Source: Camelus ferus
Lineage: Eukaryota
Length of the DNA stretch: 64,000 bases
NCBI RefSeq assembly: GCF_009834535.1
Contig: NC_045696.1
Location: forward strand, 56,236,001 to 56,300,000
Reading direction: 5' to 3'
Notes under the pieces: model-generated
What the model was told of the DNA's origin: nothing
Database searches by the model: none
The model's input: the letters and a program-made list of their open reading frames with translations, nothing else
Shown: piece after piece, positions 51,051 to 64,000 of the stretch
Numbering within the stretch: position 1 is the stretch's first letter
How the letters are laid out: each line of letters begins with the position of its first letter
Translations under genes and position numbers: made by a program

Positions 51051-52994
51051 TCGGCCTCCGGCGGCGGTCCCAGCAGCGGGGACAAGCGCGACTTGGGTCG
51101 TGGCGGACAGTCTGACGGGCTCGCCTGCGGCTACTCGCAGCCAGTGTGGAAACCGCAGCCCGAGAGCGCGAGCCACTGCGAAACTGCTGCGGTCGCAGGG
51201 GCGAGGCTCGGAGAGCTCCAGCGAGCTGAGGGTTTAGGGGCTATCCCCACCCACTAGAGACTCTCGGCGGGGAGGGGCTCGTTCTGCGCGCCCCAGGCTC
51301 CCCTTCGCCCGGGGGTACACGTCCCGAGTACCGGCGTCTTTCCAGAAAGGGCCAGACGGGTGCAGGGCGCTTCCCGGGCTGCGTGCAAGTTCTCGGACGC
51401 TAAACTGAGAACAAAGCTTTTAGAGAGGCAATGTCTCTGGGCGGCCGCGCCCCGCCCAGTCGCCGAGGCCACTGATAAGAGTGGGGCCGACTGCGCCTGG
51501 TGCGCGCGGCCAGGCCCGGCCTTCTAGAAACGCCCCTGAGAAATGAGCTCATGTTGGATGCGCGCGCTCCTCGGGCGAGACTGCCCACCGCAAAACGATC
51601 CCAGAAAGCAGGTGAGGGGAAGTGCCGTCAGGCCGGATATCCCGAAGCCTCCAAGGAAACGGGAATAGCCCTTAGTAGTTTTTGGTCCTTCGGAACTAGG
51701 GCGAGCTATAAAAGTAGTATGTAAGTAGGTTTCACACATACGCCAGTGTTCATTGTTCTACAGAGAACCGATTCCTGTGGTTTGCCTTAAGGACAGTGAG
51801 GTATGGCTACGTCAGGATAGCGGAAAAAGTAGAGTGGACAGTTAACATCCTGACTGTAATCCCGTGGTGTCTAATATCCACCTGCAGAGTCACCCCTTTC
51901 TGTTAAGATACGATCTCTAGAGAGCACATATAGAAATACCCATTCTTAATCAGATTAATTAGCTATTGCTTTGAGAAACTCATGAGGGAGTTGGGACAGA
52001 ACGAAGTAAGCTTTTATGGGAGACAGGAAAGGTCTAGATAGCGTTTGCAAACTCATGTCTACAGGGGCCAGAAAATTAAAGCAAATGAATGAAACTGGAC
52101 TGGTACAAGACAACAGGGAATGATAAGGAACGTGGCAAATTGGAGTGTCCGTGCTGTAACTGAAGGGAGCAGCTGTTCAGCTCTAGCAGATTGCTGCCCT
52201 GAGGAATGTGGATCCAGTGTTCTAAGATTCTGTTTTTTCGCCCCCCAAAAGAAACCCTAAAGCAGGATTTTTGCATGAAATCTCTCGATTTTTAAATGTT
52301 GGCAGTATTTCCAAGCTCTGCAAGCCAAGCTAAAAACTTCCCAGGGTAGATGTGGCCAACATGCATTCAATCCGTAATCTAAAACCTGGGCATAGATTTT
52401 ATAGCCCAAGAGCGGTAGAAGCTCTTTTTCTTTGCAGGGAAGAGTGAACATGAGTTCTCTGGATGTCATGGAGGAAAGTAAAGAATGTTAAAAGCAAACT
52501 CTACGTGGCAGCTTTGTCAGATGATTGTTACCTCTCCATGCAAACTATTAGGAAAGACTTGCCACTGGTCCCTAAAATGCTGTGAGACAAAGCTTGAAAT
52601 CCTACCTTTCTCTTTACTTCCCATCCCTACTCCCAATTATACCAGCAGGAAAGTGAATAGCAAATGTTTAGGTTATACAGATTAGAAACATGCATATTTT
52701 GTGTATAATAAAGTACAAGAATAGTCTACCTTAAGACTATGATTAGTAGCTTTACTGTTGCTGCCTTCAAATGTTTTGAACTGATGCTGTTTAATATAAA
52801 ATATCTGATCAAGGTGGGGAGGAAATTTTATAGGAAAAAAAGTAGTTTAGTCTAGAAATAGGACTTAAGAAGGGAGAAATTTAAGAGAAAATACAGAACG
52901 ACTGAAATTAACATTTATTGTTTCTCCAACCTTTTAAACTCTTGCTTTACCTTCCCGCCTGCTTTAAACCACTTATCAGTTTATAGTAATTTTA

Positions 52995-53200
52995 ACAGTT
53001 AATGTTTACTGAGTGTTTATAATGTGCAGGACACTATTCTTAAGTGCTTCACACACCCTATCTCAAATTATAATCCTATGATGTAAGTACTGTTATCACC
53101 TCTGTTTTAAAGATGAGAAAACTGAGGGCCAGAAAGATGTACTAACTTACCTGAGGTCCACAGAGCTAAAGTAAACAGAACCAGGATTCAGATCCCCTGT
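52995..53200 (-). mobile_element. MIR SINE
   Basis: TTTACTGAGTGTTTATAATGTGC...AGATGAGAAAACTGAGG...CCAGGATTCA. Confidence 0.8.
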
Positions 53201-54628
53201 ACTTCTCTCTCAAGCACAGTCCCTGCCTCTCCTGGTATATTTTCCTTTATCAAAAAGTCTAAGCCTTATGTTTTCAACTCTGTGTGCCTAGTTGTGATTA
53301 TATCCTCTAGTTTGGTTTTTACCGGCTTGGTTTCCTTTAGGTCTCATCACGTGGTCCCTTGTAGAGATCAGTGATTCTGAGCCACAATAATAATAAACCA
53401 GAGGATTAGAAAAAGATAAATATCCAAGAAAGCTGAGTGATACAGTACAGGTAAGTAGTGTGGTAGGGGAAAAAAAAAGAGGTTGGTAAGGGTGTCCACA
53501 AGGTAATAGTTACAAATTAAAATGAACAATGAACTGGCTTCTGTATATTTGCATAGTACTTCGCACTTAGGAAGTACTATTATGGAACCATTATTGTTTT
53601 TACAAATGAGGAAACTGCACACTAGAGTAAGTGACTTGCTCAGAATCACTTAGCTGCATTTTTAATTGAAACTAGAAGAAAATATATGCAGGTTTAATAA
53701 TGAAGATAGCAAATGGAATATGAGATGCAGTTTATTTAGATGAACCCAGAATCACTCAGTCCAAACAGAACTCCACAAGCAAGCTCTTTCTAGGATCTCA
53801 TTTACTTAGCCAATATGTATTAAACACCTAAATGTTGGGTGCTAGTCTTCCAAATTTAATAAGATAATGTGTCTGCTCCAGATACTTGCAGGAAGATACT
53901 ATGAGAGAACCCTAGGAAAGCCCTCCACTATCAAGGTCAATGTAAAGATTAAGAGAAAGGGAAAATAAATTTGCATTTATTGAATGCTTGTTCAATTCTT
54001 CCCTAAACCCAAAGAGATAGGTACTGTTAACCTCCCCCACCCCCTTTTTTTTTTCACTAGACTGAGGGAAAAGTGAGCAATAAGTACATTACTCAAGGTC
54101 ACACAATTAAAAAGTGGTAGAGTTGGGGTGGAATCTATAGCCAAGTCTATTTGATCCAGCCTCTTTCTACTAGATAACTCTACCCTGCATCAAAAAGTAA
54201 CATTGTTTATCCCATTTATGTAAAATTATGTGTGTCTGTGCTTGCACACCCACACACAGGAGTCTGGGAATAATTAATTTTGATGACATTGTGGATGATA
54301 TTGTATTCATGCTTTCCAGTATTATCTTCATTTTTACATAGGAAAGTACTTAAAAAGAGAAAACAAAGACTGCAGAAGAACCAAAGAAAAGAAGTAGCAG
54401 TGTGAAACTGCTCAATTTGATTAAATCAGCTTGATTTATAGGGCGCTGTGCCAGATCTTAGGAATACAGGACTGTGAAGATGAATAAAAGTCATTCAGAG
54501 GTGACTGTCTTGCTCCAGTCTTAGGGAAGCTCAAGTAGAGTAACCTGTAAACAGACAACACCATAATATCATCTGGGCACTATGGAGGAAAGGTGTCCCA
54601 GAAATCATTTTCTAAGTTGTATTTAAAC

Positions 54629-55524
54629 TACTGGTCTCCACAGTCAAGTTCATGTACCCAGAGGTTGTATAGGATGATCCTTTGGAATGCTAGACCTGCT
54701 CGATCTTATTTCTATCTTAAAAAGTAAGAAATTACCTTTCTGATGGTTAATTTACTGGTAGACACTAGTGCTCTCTTCAGTTCCTATGTCAAAGGAAAAG
54801 GTGCCACAGGGTCTACAAAGAGCTATCCTAAAGGAAAGGGATGACTCCACAGCCTAGAAGGGAATGTGAATACAAGGTGCCATCCTGCTTTTTAAAATTT
54901 CCAGCAACATATGGCACTTGTGCTTAATTAAGTGGATTTCCAGTCATATTATTTGATTTTTAACTAACTTGACCCTCACAGATAGAAAATAATTCCTATA
55001 AATAAAGTATAGATAACAGAACGAACAGAAAATGGCAAAGCTGACATTCTACCCTGAATAGGAACCCTTCGTTAGTCACATCAATGGGTAAAGAACAGTG
55101 ATGAGCTAATCGAATTTGACAAGAAGTAGGCCTGAAATTTTTGGGATTCTCAAGAATTCTTGAAATACAAAGTTACCATCTACTATTTTTATAGTCAGAG
55201 GCTACCCTAAGTTTAAGTATGACAGATGTAGCTAATGCCAGTCTTCACAATTACCAAAATGTTTAAAGACTATGCATCTGGTACAGTTAGTAATTTGGTG
55301 TGGAAGAGGGGTGAGAATAAAAAAGTTTGGGGCCTTAAATAAAATAAAAATTGTTTTAAAGTATTGTTTATTATGCCTCATCTTTTTATTCCTATATATG
55401 TCTTAGGTGTGCATATCATATGAGTTCAAGAGTATATGTTTTATAAATATGCAGAGTGTATTGGAGCTGCCATTAAAAATTATTTACTAGTAGAGTATAA
55501 GAACAAAAATTTTATAGACCACTG
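54629..55524. mobile_element. hAT-Charlie family DNA transposon (MER113-like), non-autonomous
   Basis: TIRs TACTGGTCTCCA / TATAGACCACTG; 8-bp TSD ATTTAAAC (54621-54628) / TTTTAAAC (55525-55532). Confidence 0.75.
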
Positions 55525-55539
55525 TTTTAAACAAAGATT

Positions 55540-56925
55540 ATTTGCAAAAAAAATTTTTCCCATTCCGTAGGTTGTCTTTTTGTTTTACTTATGGTTTCCT
55601 TTGCTGTGCAGAAGCCTGTAAGTTTCATTAGATCCCATTTGTTTATTCTTGCTTTTATTTCTATTGCTTGAGTAGACTGTTCTAGGAGAACATTTTTGAG
55701 ATGTGTGTCAGATAATGTTTTGCCTATATTTTCCTCTAGGAGGTTTATTGTATCTTGTCTTATGTTTAAGTCTTTGATCCATTTTGAGCTGATTTTTGTG
55801 TATGGTAGTAAGGGAGTGTTCTAGCTTCTTTGTTTTACATGCTGCTGTCCACTTTTCCCAACACCATTTGCTGAAGAGACTGTCTTTATTCCATTGTATG
55901 TTCTTGCCTCCTTTGTCGAAGATTAGTTGACCCAAAGTTTGTAGGTTCATTTCTTGGCTGTCTATTCTGTCATTGGTCTATATGTCTGTTTTTGTACCAA
56001 TACCATGCTGTCTTGATGACTGTAGCTCTGTAGTATTGTCTGAAGTCTGGGAGAGTTATTCCTCCAGCCTCTTTCTTTCTCTTCAGTAATGCTTTAGCAA
56101 TTCTAGGTCTTTGATGGTTCCATATAAATTTTACTATGATTTGTTCTAGTTCTGTGAAATATGTCCTGGGTAATTTGATAGGGATTGCTTTAAATCTGTA
56201 GATTGCCTTGGGCAGTGTGACCATTTTAACAATACTGATTCTTCCAATCCAAGAGCATGGGATATCTTTTCATTTTTTAAAGTCTTCTTTAATTTCCTTC
56301 ATCAGTGGTTTATAGTTTTCTGTGTATAATTCTTTCACCTCCTTGGTTAGATTTATTCCTAGGTATTTTATTACGTTGGGTGCTATTTTAAAGGGGATTG
56401 TTTCTTTACTTTCTTTTTCTGTTGATTCATCATTAGTGCAAAGAAGTGCAACTGATTTTTGAACATTAATCTTGTAACCTGCTACCTTGCTGAATTCTTC
56501 GGTCAGCTCTAGTAGCTTTTGTGTGGACCTGTTAGGGTTTTCTATATATAGTAACATGTTGTCAGCATATAGTGACATTTTTACCTCTTCTTTTCCAATT
56601 TGGACCCCTTTTATTTCTCTCTCTTGCCTGATTGCTGTGGTTAGGACCTCCAAGACTATGTTGAATAGGAGTGGTAATAGTGGGCATCCTTGTCTTGTCC
56701 CAGATTTTAGTGGGAAGCTTTTGAGTTTTTCACCGTTGAGTACTATGCTGGCTGTAGGTTTGTCATATATAGCTTTTATGATGTTGAGATATGTTCCCTC
56801 TATACCCACTTTGGTGAGAGTTTTTATCATAAATGGGTGTTGAATTTTATCAAATGCTTTTTCTGCATCTATTGAGATAATCATGTGGTTTTTGTCCTTT
56901 CTCTTGTTGATGTGATGTATGACAT
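55540..56925 (-). mobile_element. Relatively young L1 ORF2 internal fragment (reverse transcriptase domain), inactivated
   Basis: Peptides [44 protein letters not shown] (YADD mutated), GGITLPDF; premature stops at 56270 and 55970 and a frameshift before 55950. Confidence 0.95.
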
Positions 56926-56930
56926 AGATT

Positions 56931-57070
56931 TTGGAATAGTTGAAGGGAAAAACATTCCAGGCAAAGAGAAGAGGATATGCAGTGGCAGAAATGTAGGTAA
57001 CAAGGTATTCAGAGAGCTGAAGGTAGTTTGAAATTATGTAGCACATAAGCTCTGGACCTAGAGAAAATAA
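56931..57070 (-). mobile_element. L2 fragment continuing the piece at ~54420-54620
   Basis: GAAGGGAAAAACATTCCAGGCAAAGAGAAGAG is a typical antisense L2 motif. Confidence 0.55.
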
Positions 57071-60000
57071 AGAAAAACAGTATCTGATAATGGAGGTGTA
57101 GTTAAGTAAATTATGTTCTATTAAGTTCATATTATTCAATCAGTAAAAATAATAAAAGCAAAGACTAATAGCAACTCAGAAATAATACTAATGTAAAAAT
57201 ACAGCACTTCAGATTATATATTACCATATTTCCAATTCTGCAAAATATATGAACATTTGAATCAAGATTGAAAAGGACAGAAATTAGAATAATTTCATTA
57301 ATATATTGGCATATTTAACTATAGATGAAAATATTCACTTTAAATATTTTTATTTCATATTTTTACAATAAGTTAATGTCTGTTTGGTTTTAAAAGGGAA
57401 TTGGCTCTCAAAATAACTCATTTGTTCACATATTCCTTAGCCTCTGATTACATGGAATTCTTAATGGAAAAACTTCAAATTTCTCAGCAAAACTTTCCAA
57501 CACTGACATTTTTACTGATAATCCTTTGTAATAAGAGTTATACTGTATTAATGAAACTAGCCAATATTTATTATATGCAAGACATCTGCTAGGCACCTGA
57601 TATAAAGAAGTACATGAGCCACCTGAGTAGCTCTAATTTTAACATCTAAAGGAGCATAAGATGAAAAGAAAACAAACCCTCAGTAAGTAACAAACCCTTA
57701 CTGATTAGATTATTTTGAGCTGTTTCAATTTTCTTTCTTTTACTCCTTTTCTATTCATATTTTTTTAGAGTGAGCTTTTTAGGCCAGCCAGAGTGTAAAT
57801 ATTTTCACATTGAATTGAATAAGTGATTTCACATGAGTTGAAAACATAAGTGTGTTGACTGAACACTTCGTAAAGTACACTTCTTTACAACATTCTAGGT
57901 AATTCAGCCTTGTTATATGGGCATTAAAATGTATTAAATATAGGCCTGCAAAATTCTCAGTTGGAATAAATACTTCAGGAACCCATTAGCCAGCAGTAAA
58001 TCAGAAAATGTTATACTTTCTTGTTCACATGGAAGTAAGACTCACATCTCAGAATAGAATAAAAATCTTAAGATATTTAATCTATATCACATTGATGGTG
58101 AATGTGAAAGCTACAAGAAAGTTGTCATTCTGTTTCTTGGCTGTTGAATAGCTTAACTTGGATGGGGGAAAAATACCTGAAAAAAAGTTAAGGAACGCAG
58201 AGAGGGCCTGTCTTCCTCAGTCAGGACACAGTTTCATTTGGATTGTGGCAATCAAGATACATCCTTGCTCGGACTTCACTTCTGTGCCTTGTGGGATGAA
58301 ATTCTGAAAGGGAATGGGAGAGAATGCACAAAGCCCCAAGCAATGTGTGTTCTTGTAAAACATCTGGATCAGAGAGGAGTAGAAAGTGGCAGATATCAGA
58401 CCAGAAAGGATTATCATGGGAGAGGTTTATAGCTCAGTTTTGTAAACCCATTACTATTTCACCATGTCTATTGTTCCTTATTTTTATAAGTTATATTGTA
58501 TATGAATTGGTAGTGCCCAGTATTTGAAGATAAAAGGAATAATTAAGGAAAAAGAACCATTAATTCCCTAAATAATTCTTACTACTTGTTTAGAAACATT
58601 CAAGAGTCTCAGGAAAATACTAACTCAGACTTTTTTTTGGTTGAGGTATCAACATGTCTGTGACGGCTGAGCACATCCTCCTGTCAGTACTCTTCTACTT
58701 TCTTGACAATCTGAATACAGTTTTCATGTTTAGTCCTCTAATCAAAAGTGATCCAGTTACTCTAATTTTTATAGTTAAATACTTTGGCCATGATTCTATA
58801 AAATTCCATAAATTTTGCTGGTTTGTATTGGAAAATACATGAAAGACACAATATTTAATACCCTGATACCATTAGGAAGTGCCTATTGTGTGTCTCCCGC
58901 GTGCCCAGAATGATGCCAGATATTGCGTGAAACACATTTGCTTGCAGCAAATTGAGAAAACTGCTTAAATGTTTTAAAACCTAATTATGGCCTGTTTACT
59001 GCATTTTTAAAATATTTTCAAGGTCAGAGGGATATGGCTTTTAGAATTAAAAACAAATATCTTACACAGCTCAGTCAGCTGGAACTCTATGTAAGTAAAC
59101 TATTCTATGGAAGTTGAACTTTTAATGTAGCATGAGAGGAGTTAAAGTGAAGTACTTCTAAGCTCCAGAGAAACTATCGAGTGAAAAATTCGTCAACAGG
59201 AGTTGCCGAAAGACACACACACAGTCTGCCTCTATATCTAACTCTCTTCCTGCTTAAATGGAATTACGTGAAGTTGTGAAGCATTTCTCTTGATCTCAGT
59301 TGATGCTGTGCACATAACAGGAACTCAGTAAATGCTGGCAAAATGAACAATATGATTACAATTGAAAAAGTGAAACCTAATTATAACCATTAAAATTATA
59401 ACTTTATAAAATGTTTGCATATGGACAAGACTCTGAGGAAATGTCCAAAAATAAAAACATTTGTTTTATTCATTTGTTGGCTTTTGGAAAGTTTTTTCTT
59501 ACATTTAAAATTTTTCCATTATTGTTGCTACAATATAATTTGCATATCAAATTTTCTAAATTAGATGCATTCAAATATAACAGAGAATCACAGCTTGGGA
59601 CAAAGCTCTGTTCACCTCTGGGGTTCAGACATATCTTGGCATATCTGGCAAATTGGTGGCTTTAGGCTGCCAAGAGGGTAGTTTACATAAGGGTTTTGGC
59701 AGAAAGACTGCCGAGAAATGGGTGCCATCAAGGAGAGGGTTTGGCCAGGCTACTTTTCCTTCAGTTTGCACTGCTACAATGCACTAATCAGTATTCCCAT
59801 TGGTCCATGCTTGTGCCATGCCAGCGAACCCTATTTTGAATGGTACTCTTGGACTGAGGGGATATTGCTTACCTACCTTGAAGATTCATACTCTAACACA
59901 GTCTCATGGACTCCTCCCAGAAAGCATCATGACCAGGAACAAGAATGTGCTGAAATCTTTATTACATCACAAAATATAATCCAAAGATGAGTGATTGGGT

Positions 60001-63000
60001 TTGTTTCCACTTCTGCAGGAAATATGATACAATTTTGCAGTATTGGAGACTGCAGAAAACACAGAAGCATTTTGATTCCTTGAGAACCACACTGGAGATC
60101 ATGAAAATGCCCAGTAGAAGGTGGTGGTGACCTGAATTAACAGGACTGGCTCAGTAATGAGTACTAGGAGTGTTCAAAGACGACAGAAGCCTCAGCAGCA
60201 GACATCCACGTGGCCATAGATAAGACCTGTTCTGGAGTCCATGTAAAACACTGTCTAGGGGCTCTCAGAAATTATGGGCAGGGGACTTTGCAAGGAGCTG
60301 GAGGTCCTGCATCAGCAGGGAGAGGCAAAGGCCAATGAAATATGAATTTTAAAACCATTGGTAATAAGTTCATAATTATGGTTTTAGTTGATAAAGAATA
60401 TGAGATGTGAAAAACAAATCTGCTGAATCTGATTCAATGTTCCCCATTCCTACATGCTTCTTATTTGTGTGAGCACTTCATGGAACTAACAGTGCTGACA
60501 GTTTTTCAAATAAAGGGCATATTTTTCTTACAATATGACCCATAAGTACAAGTTAAACACTATTCTTCACCTGTTGTTCAACCAAAGAAACAAGGATATA
60601 TTCCAATACTGGGAGAAAAACTAGCTGGACTGAATTTGTTAATATTTAAGGTCTTTTAAAGAGTAATTTTGAATGTATACATCCAAAAAATGCTGTTTTC
60701 AAAGCCTAAAGCTTGCCAAAGAGGCAACTCCAGGGGTTTACCTTTCATGTACTGCTTCATAGTTTATAATGAATGTTATACTATTGGACATATACCAAAA
60801 CCTATAAGGTAGAAAACAGGTAATATTACTCCCACTTTACAGATTAAAAATGGAGGTAAGGAGAACTAAAATTAGCTTTTCTGGCTCAACCTTAGTACAC
60901 TGGTCAATAATATTTATCAAGTAGTGACAGGTATATGGCATTCCACTATGTTCTTGGAATAATATTTTTTAAAGGCATGAAGGTATGTGCTCTGAGCAGG
61001 CAAGAAAAGTCTCTCATAAAGATAAAAGTGGCATCCTTTTAAAAATTTTTTTCATGGGCATTTTTTTTATCATTTGTCTACTTACTCCCTTTATGTGTTG
61101 TAGTGATTTGTGTTTAATAGCTGCATAAGAATAAAACAGAGGCACTGAAAACCAATACTCTTTGAGTACAGAGCAATATTCATGGCACCTACTATATGAA
61201 TCAGAGATTTTTTTCTTAAAGAAAGATGTACATATAAAGTCCTTCTAGATTTGAAATATGGTTGCAATTGGAATTTAGCTAGTGAACACACTGAATACTT
61301 ACCATGGGCAAAGTACTGTTCTTAGTGAGACTGAATCAAAGAAGAACATAAAAAAGAAGAATATGTTCACTTTCCTTAGTAATTTTTAATCTGGCTAGGA
61401 GGGGATAAGACATAGATTAGGTATATTAAAAAGCCTCAATAAATATTTATTGAATGAGTGAATAGATGGATGACTAGAAAAGTTCATTATTGGTCCAAAG
61501 TAGCATATGGTAAATACCAAGAAAATGAGGGAATGTCTATATAAGAGATCAGGCGATAGTTCAACTAGAGAATGGAATAAGCCACTGGTCAGACCCATCT
61601 TCTGTTCTTACTCCTGCTAATAGAGTAATTTCTCCACAAGAAAGAGGAATTCTGTTACAAACTTTTTTTAAGGGGAAAGGCTGGGACAGCACACTGGGAA
61701 GAAGAAAACTACAGTTACACCTGGACACTATAGGCCTATTTAGTTAAAAACTAAAGGTTTTCAGTAGGGTATTTGCCAAACCCAAAAAGCAGCAGGAGGT
61801 GCAAGGCCAGTGCCTAGAAGGAAATCAGAAGCTATATCAAGAGAACAAGAGATTATCCACTAACTCTGTAAGGATGAATGGGGCATCTGAGAAACAGAGT
61901 GAAATTAGAGAACAGAGTTGAGATGTTGCCTCCCTCATTTTTAAGGATTGTGAAGTTATGGAGATAGCAGAAGGAACAGCTCAAGGGTAAACAACAGACC
62001 ATTATGTCAATTTTTTAAAAAAAGACTGCAAAATGATGTTATATTTATCATTAGGAAGTCACTAGATTCCTCTATAACTATGTGGAGTCAGAATTATGTA
62101 TGTGAGGTCAGGTTGTAGAGCAACTTTGAATAGATAAAAGAATAATTAAGCTAAGGAAATCAGGGATTAGAGATAAGTAAGAGTATATTGAGAAGATATG
62201 GGGATACTAGTTTATCTTGGGAGCAAAACAGAAATTGTCCTGACACCAATAGTGTCTTAGAGGAGCACTCTGAGGTCAGTATGATGATCATTTTAGAAGC
62301 CAAGAGTTGGCACAGAGACAGGTATTCTTCTAAGTTAAGATTTGCATTGCTTGCTAATACAATGGAAAATTGAGCATAGTTTGGAATCTCTTTCATGGAA
62401 AAAATAGTTAATTTGAGATAATCCTCACTGATATTTTGTACATTTGCAGGGACAATAGTAATCTATAGGATTTTGGGGAAGACACACTAAAATTTATCTC
62501 CAAAGTGAATGAGTCAAAAGTTGTAAATTTTAGAGACTGGCTAAAGCTTCATCAAGAAATCTGATAGATTTTTTTTTTCTTTTGGAAAGTGGCTCAGGAC
62601 CCAGTGAATCTGGGGACAAACTTCAGTGCTTTTGCCAGGTGCCCATTTAAAACACTGATCCTTGCCTTGAACTATAATGTTGTGGCTATAATGTATTGGC
62701 ATTCAAATGACAGCTTAGGAAAAGAGGCCTCATTATGCTCCCTACGGAAACAATTTGTTCCCTGCCAAAATTAGGATTACCTTGCTTTAGGAAGAGGGTG
62801 CATACGATGCTGACAGCCAAATGATGATTTACCAAAAATAACAAATTCCACTGTGGATGGCAAAGGAGCCTCATATAACCCAGAAGGGAGAGGGTATTAG
62901 GAATGACCTTCCAGACAGTTGTTGAGGGACATGCTGAAAACTGTGCTGAAAGCAAAATAGTCATAGCTGGGCGTGGCACTACTTTAATGACCTGGCAAAT

Positions 63001-64000
63001 CTGAAACTACCTTGGTAAAGGTAAATCATTGGGTGGGGGTTTTAAGCCCTAAGTGTTAAGGCCTAGAGCAGGCATAGCAAAAATGAGGAACTTGATCACT
63101 ATTTATTCCATTTCTATATACATGGCAGACATGGATAACAGGTAACTCAGTCTCAGGGTCCTTCTCAATCTACACAGCACCTTAAGTAGGCACTGCCTAT
63201 CAGTGGGAATTGTCAGATCATTTGAAACCTGTTTCCTTGCCTATGGATTGCTCCCATATGATGCCTAGTCTGCTCTTAGATGAGAGGATAATGGTCCTGA
63301 AAAGCATTTGGCTGTGAGAGAAGCTCTCATCTCCCAAGATATTGGGCAGCACATCTAAGTGAACATCCACTCATGAGGATGTCCAGGAGCTTGGGGATCC
63401 ACCTGCCATTCAGCTGACCCCAGGAGATGGACTTCCATGCTTCATTACTCATGGCCCACTGCCCAAGAATACCTGCTCTGAGTAGACATCAGCTAAGTGA
63501 GCCTTTCCATAATGAAATGCTGGCATGGCCAGGCTGCCTAAAAGAATCTGTGGTTACTTGCTTCTTGGCCTTGGCTTAGGACTATTTATGCTGTTGGAAA
63601 ATACTTAGTTTTTGAGCTGATGAAATGTGACAGCACCTGTGAAAACTGTTTGAAAACTTTAAAAGCCGGTACTCAGGTAGGGAATATGGGTGAGGGTGAT
63701 TATTAGGAGATAACAAAACTTAAGCTCAGAATTTTTCCTTAGGCTTACAATTTCTTATTTAATTAGCTCTTTTTTTTAATAAGACTGGAATGGAATCTTT
63801 CCCTTTCTGGGAGGCAAAAATAATGAGATGTTTGCCTTGACTTTGCTATTATTGTGTATTTGTAACATCCCTAAATCCACCCCAGTGCGTCCTACACACT
63901 TGTCAGATTGATGTAACTCTCACACCACTGTCATCACTTAACCCAGCTGCTCAGGAACCTAAATTGATCCCTCTATCTGTTGTAGAAAATACAGGCTCTT

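Larger units (their letters stand above)
49570..51700. promoter_or_regulatory. CpG island spanning GSK3B 5' UTR and promoter
   Basis: Abrupt switch to GC-rich, CpG-dense sequence in an otherwise CpG-depleted AT-rich window. Confidence 0.95.

Noticed and set aside
56270..57139. 289-aa reverse transcriptase ORF as a novel RT gene or retron-like system
   Set aside because: It is L1 ORF2 with YADD changed to YADN and truncating stops; the first ~70 residues are read-through from unrelated flank.

Overview
Mammalian genomic DNA, most likely a camelid (one tRNA-derived vic-1-like SINE, artiodactyl-type L1 and Tigger1 derivatives; no Alu, B1, Bov-A, PRE-1 or Can-SINE seen). The window holds the 5' end of GSK3B on the minus strand. 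Coding exon 1 (49169-49256, [29 protein letters not shown], missed by the ORF track) is preceded by a ~1 kb 5' leader rich in uORFs and a CpG-island promoter with nine CCAAT boxes that looks bidirectional. Bases 1-49168 are intron 1 (exon 2 not recognised in the window); 51.7-64 kb is upstream sequence. The rest is old interspersed repeats (L1, L2, MIR, MaLR LTRs, hAT and Tigger DNA transposons). I cannot support a wholly new multi-gene system. The best leads are the uORF/AUGA/poly-Ala architecture of the GSK3B leader, candidate alternative first-exon splice sites, and a tail-less internal L1 ORF2 insertion. Repeat boundaries and subfamily names were read by eye and are approximate.
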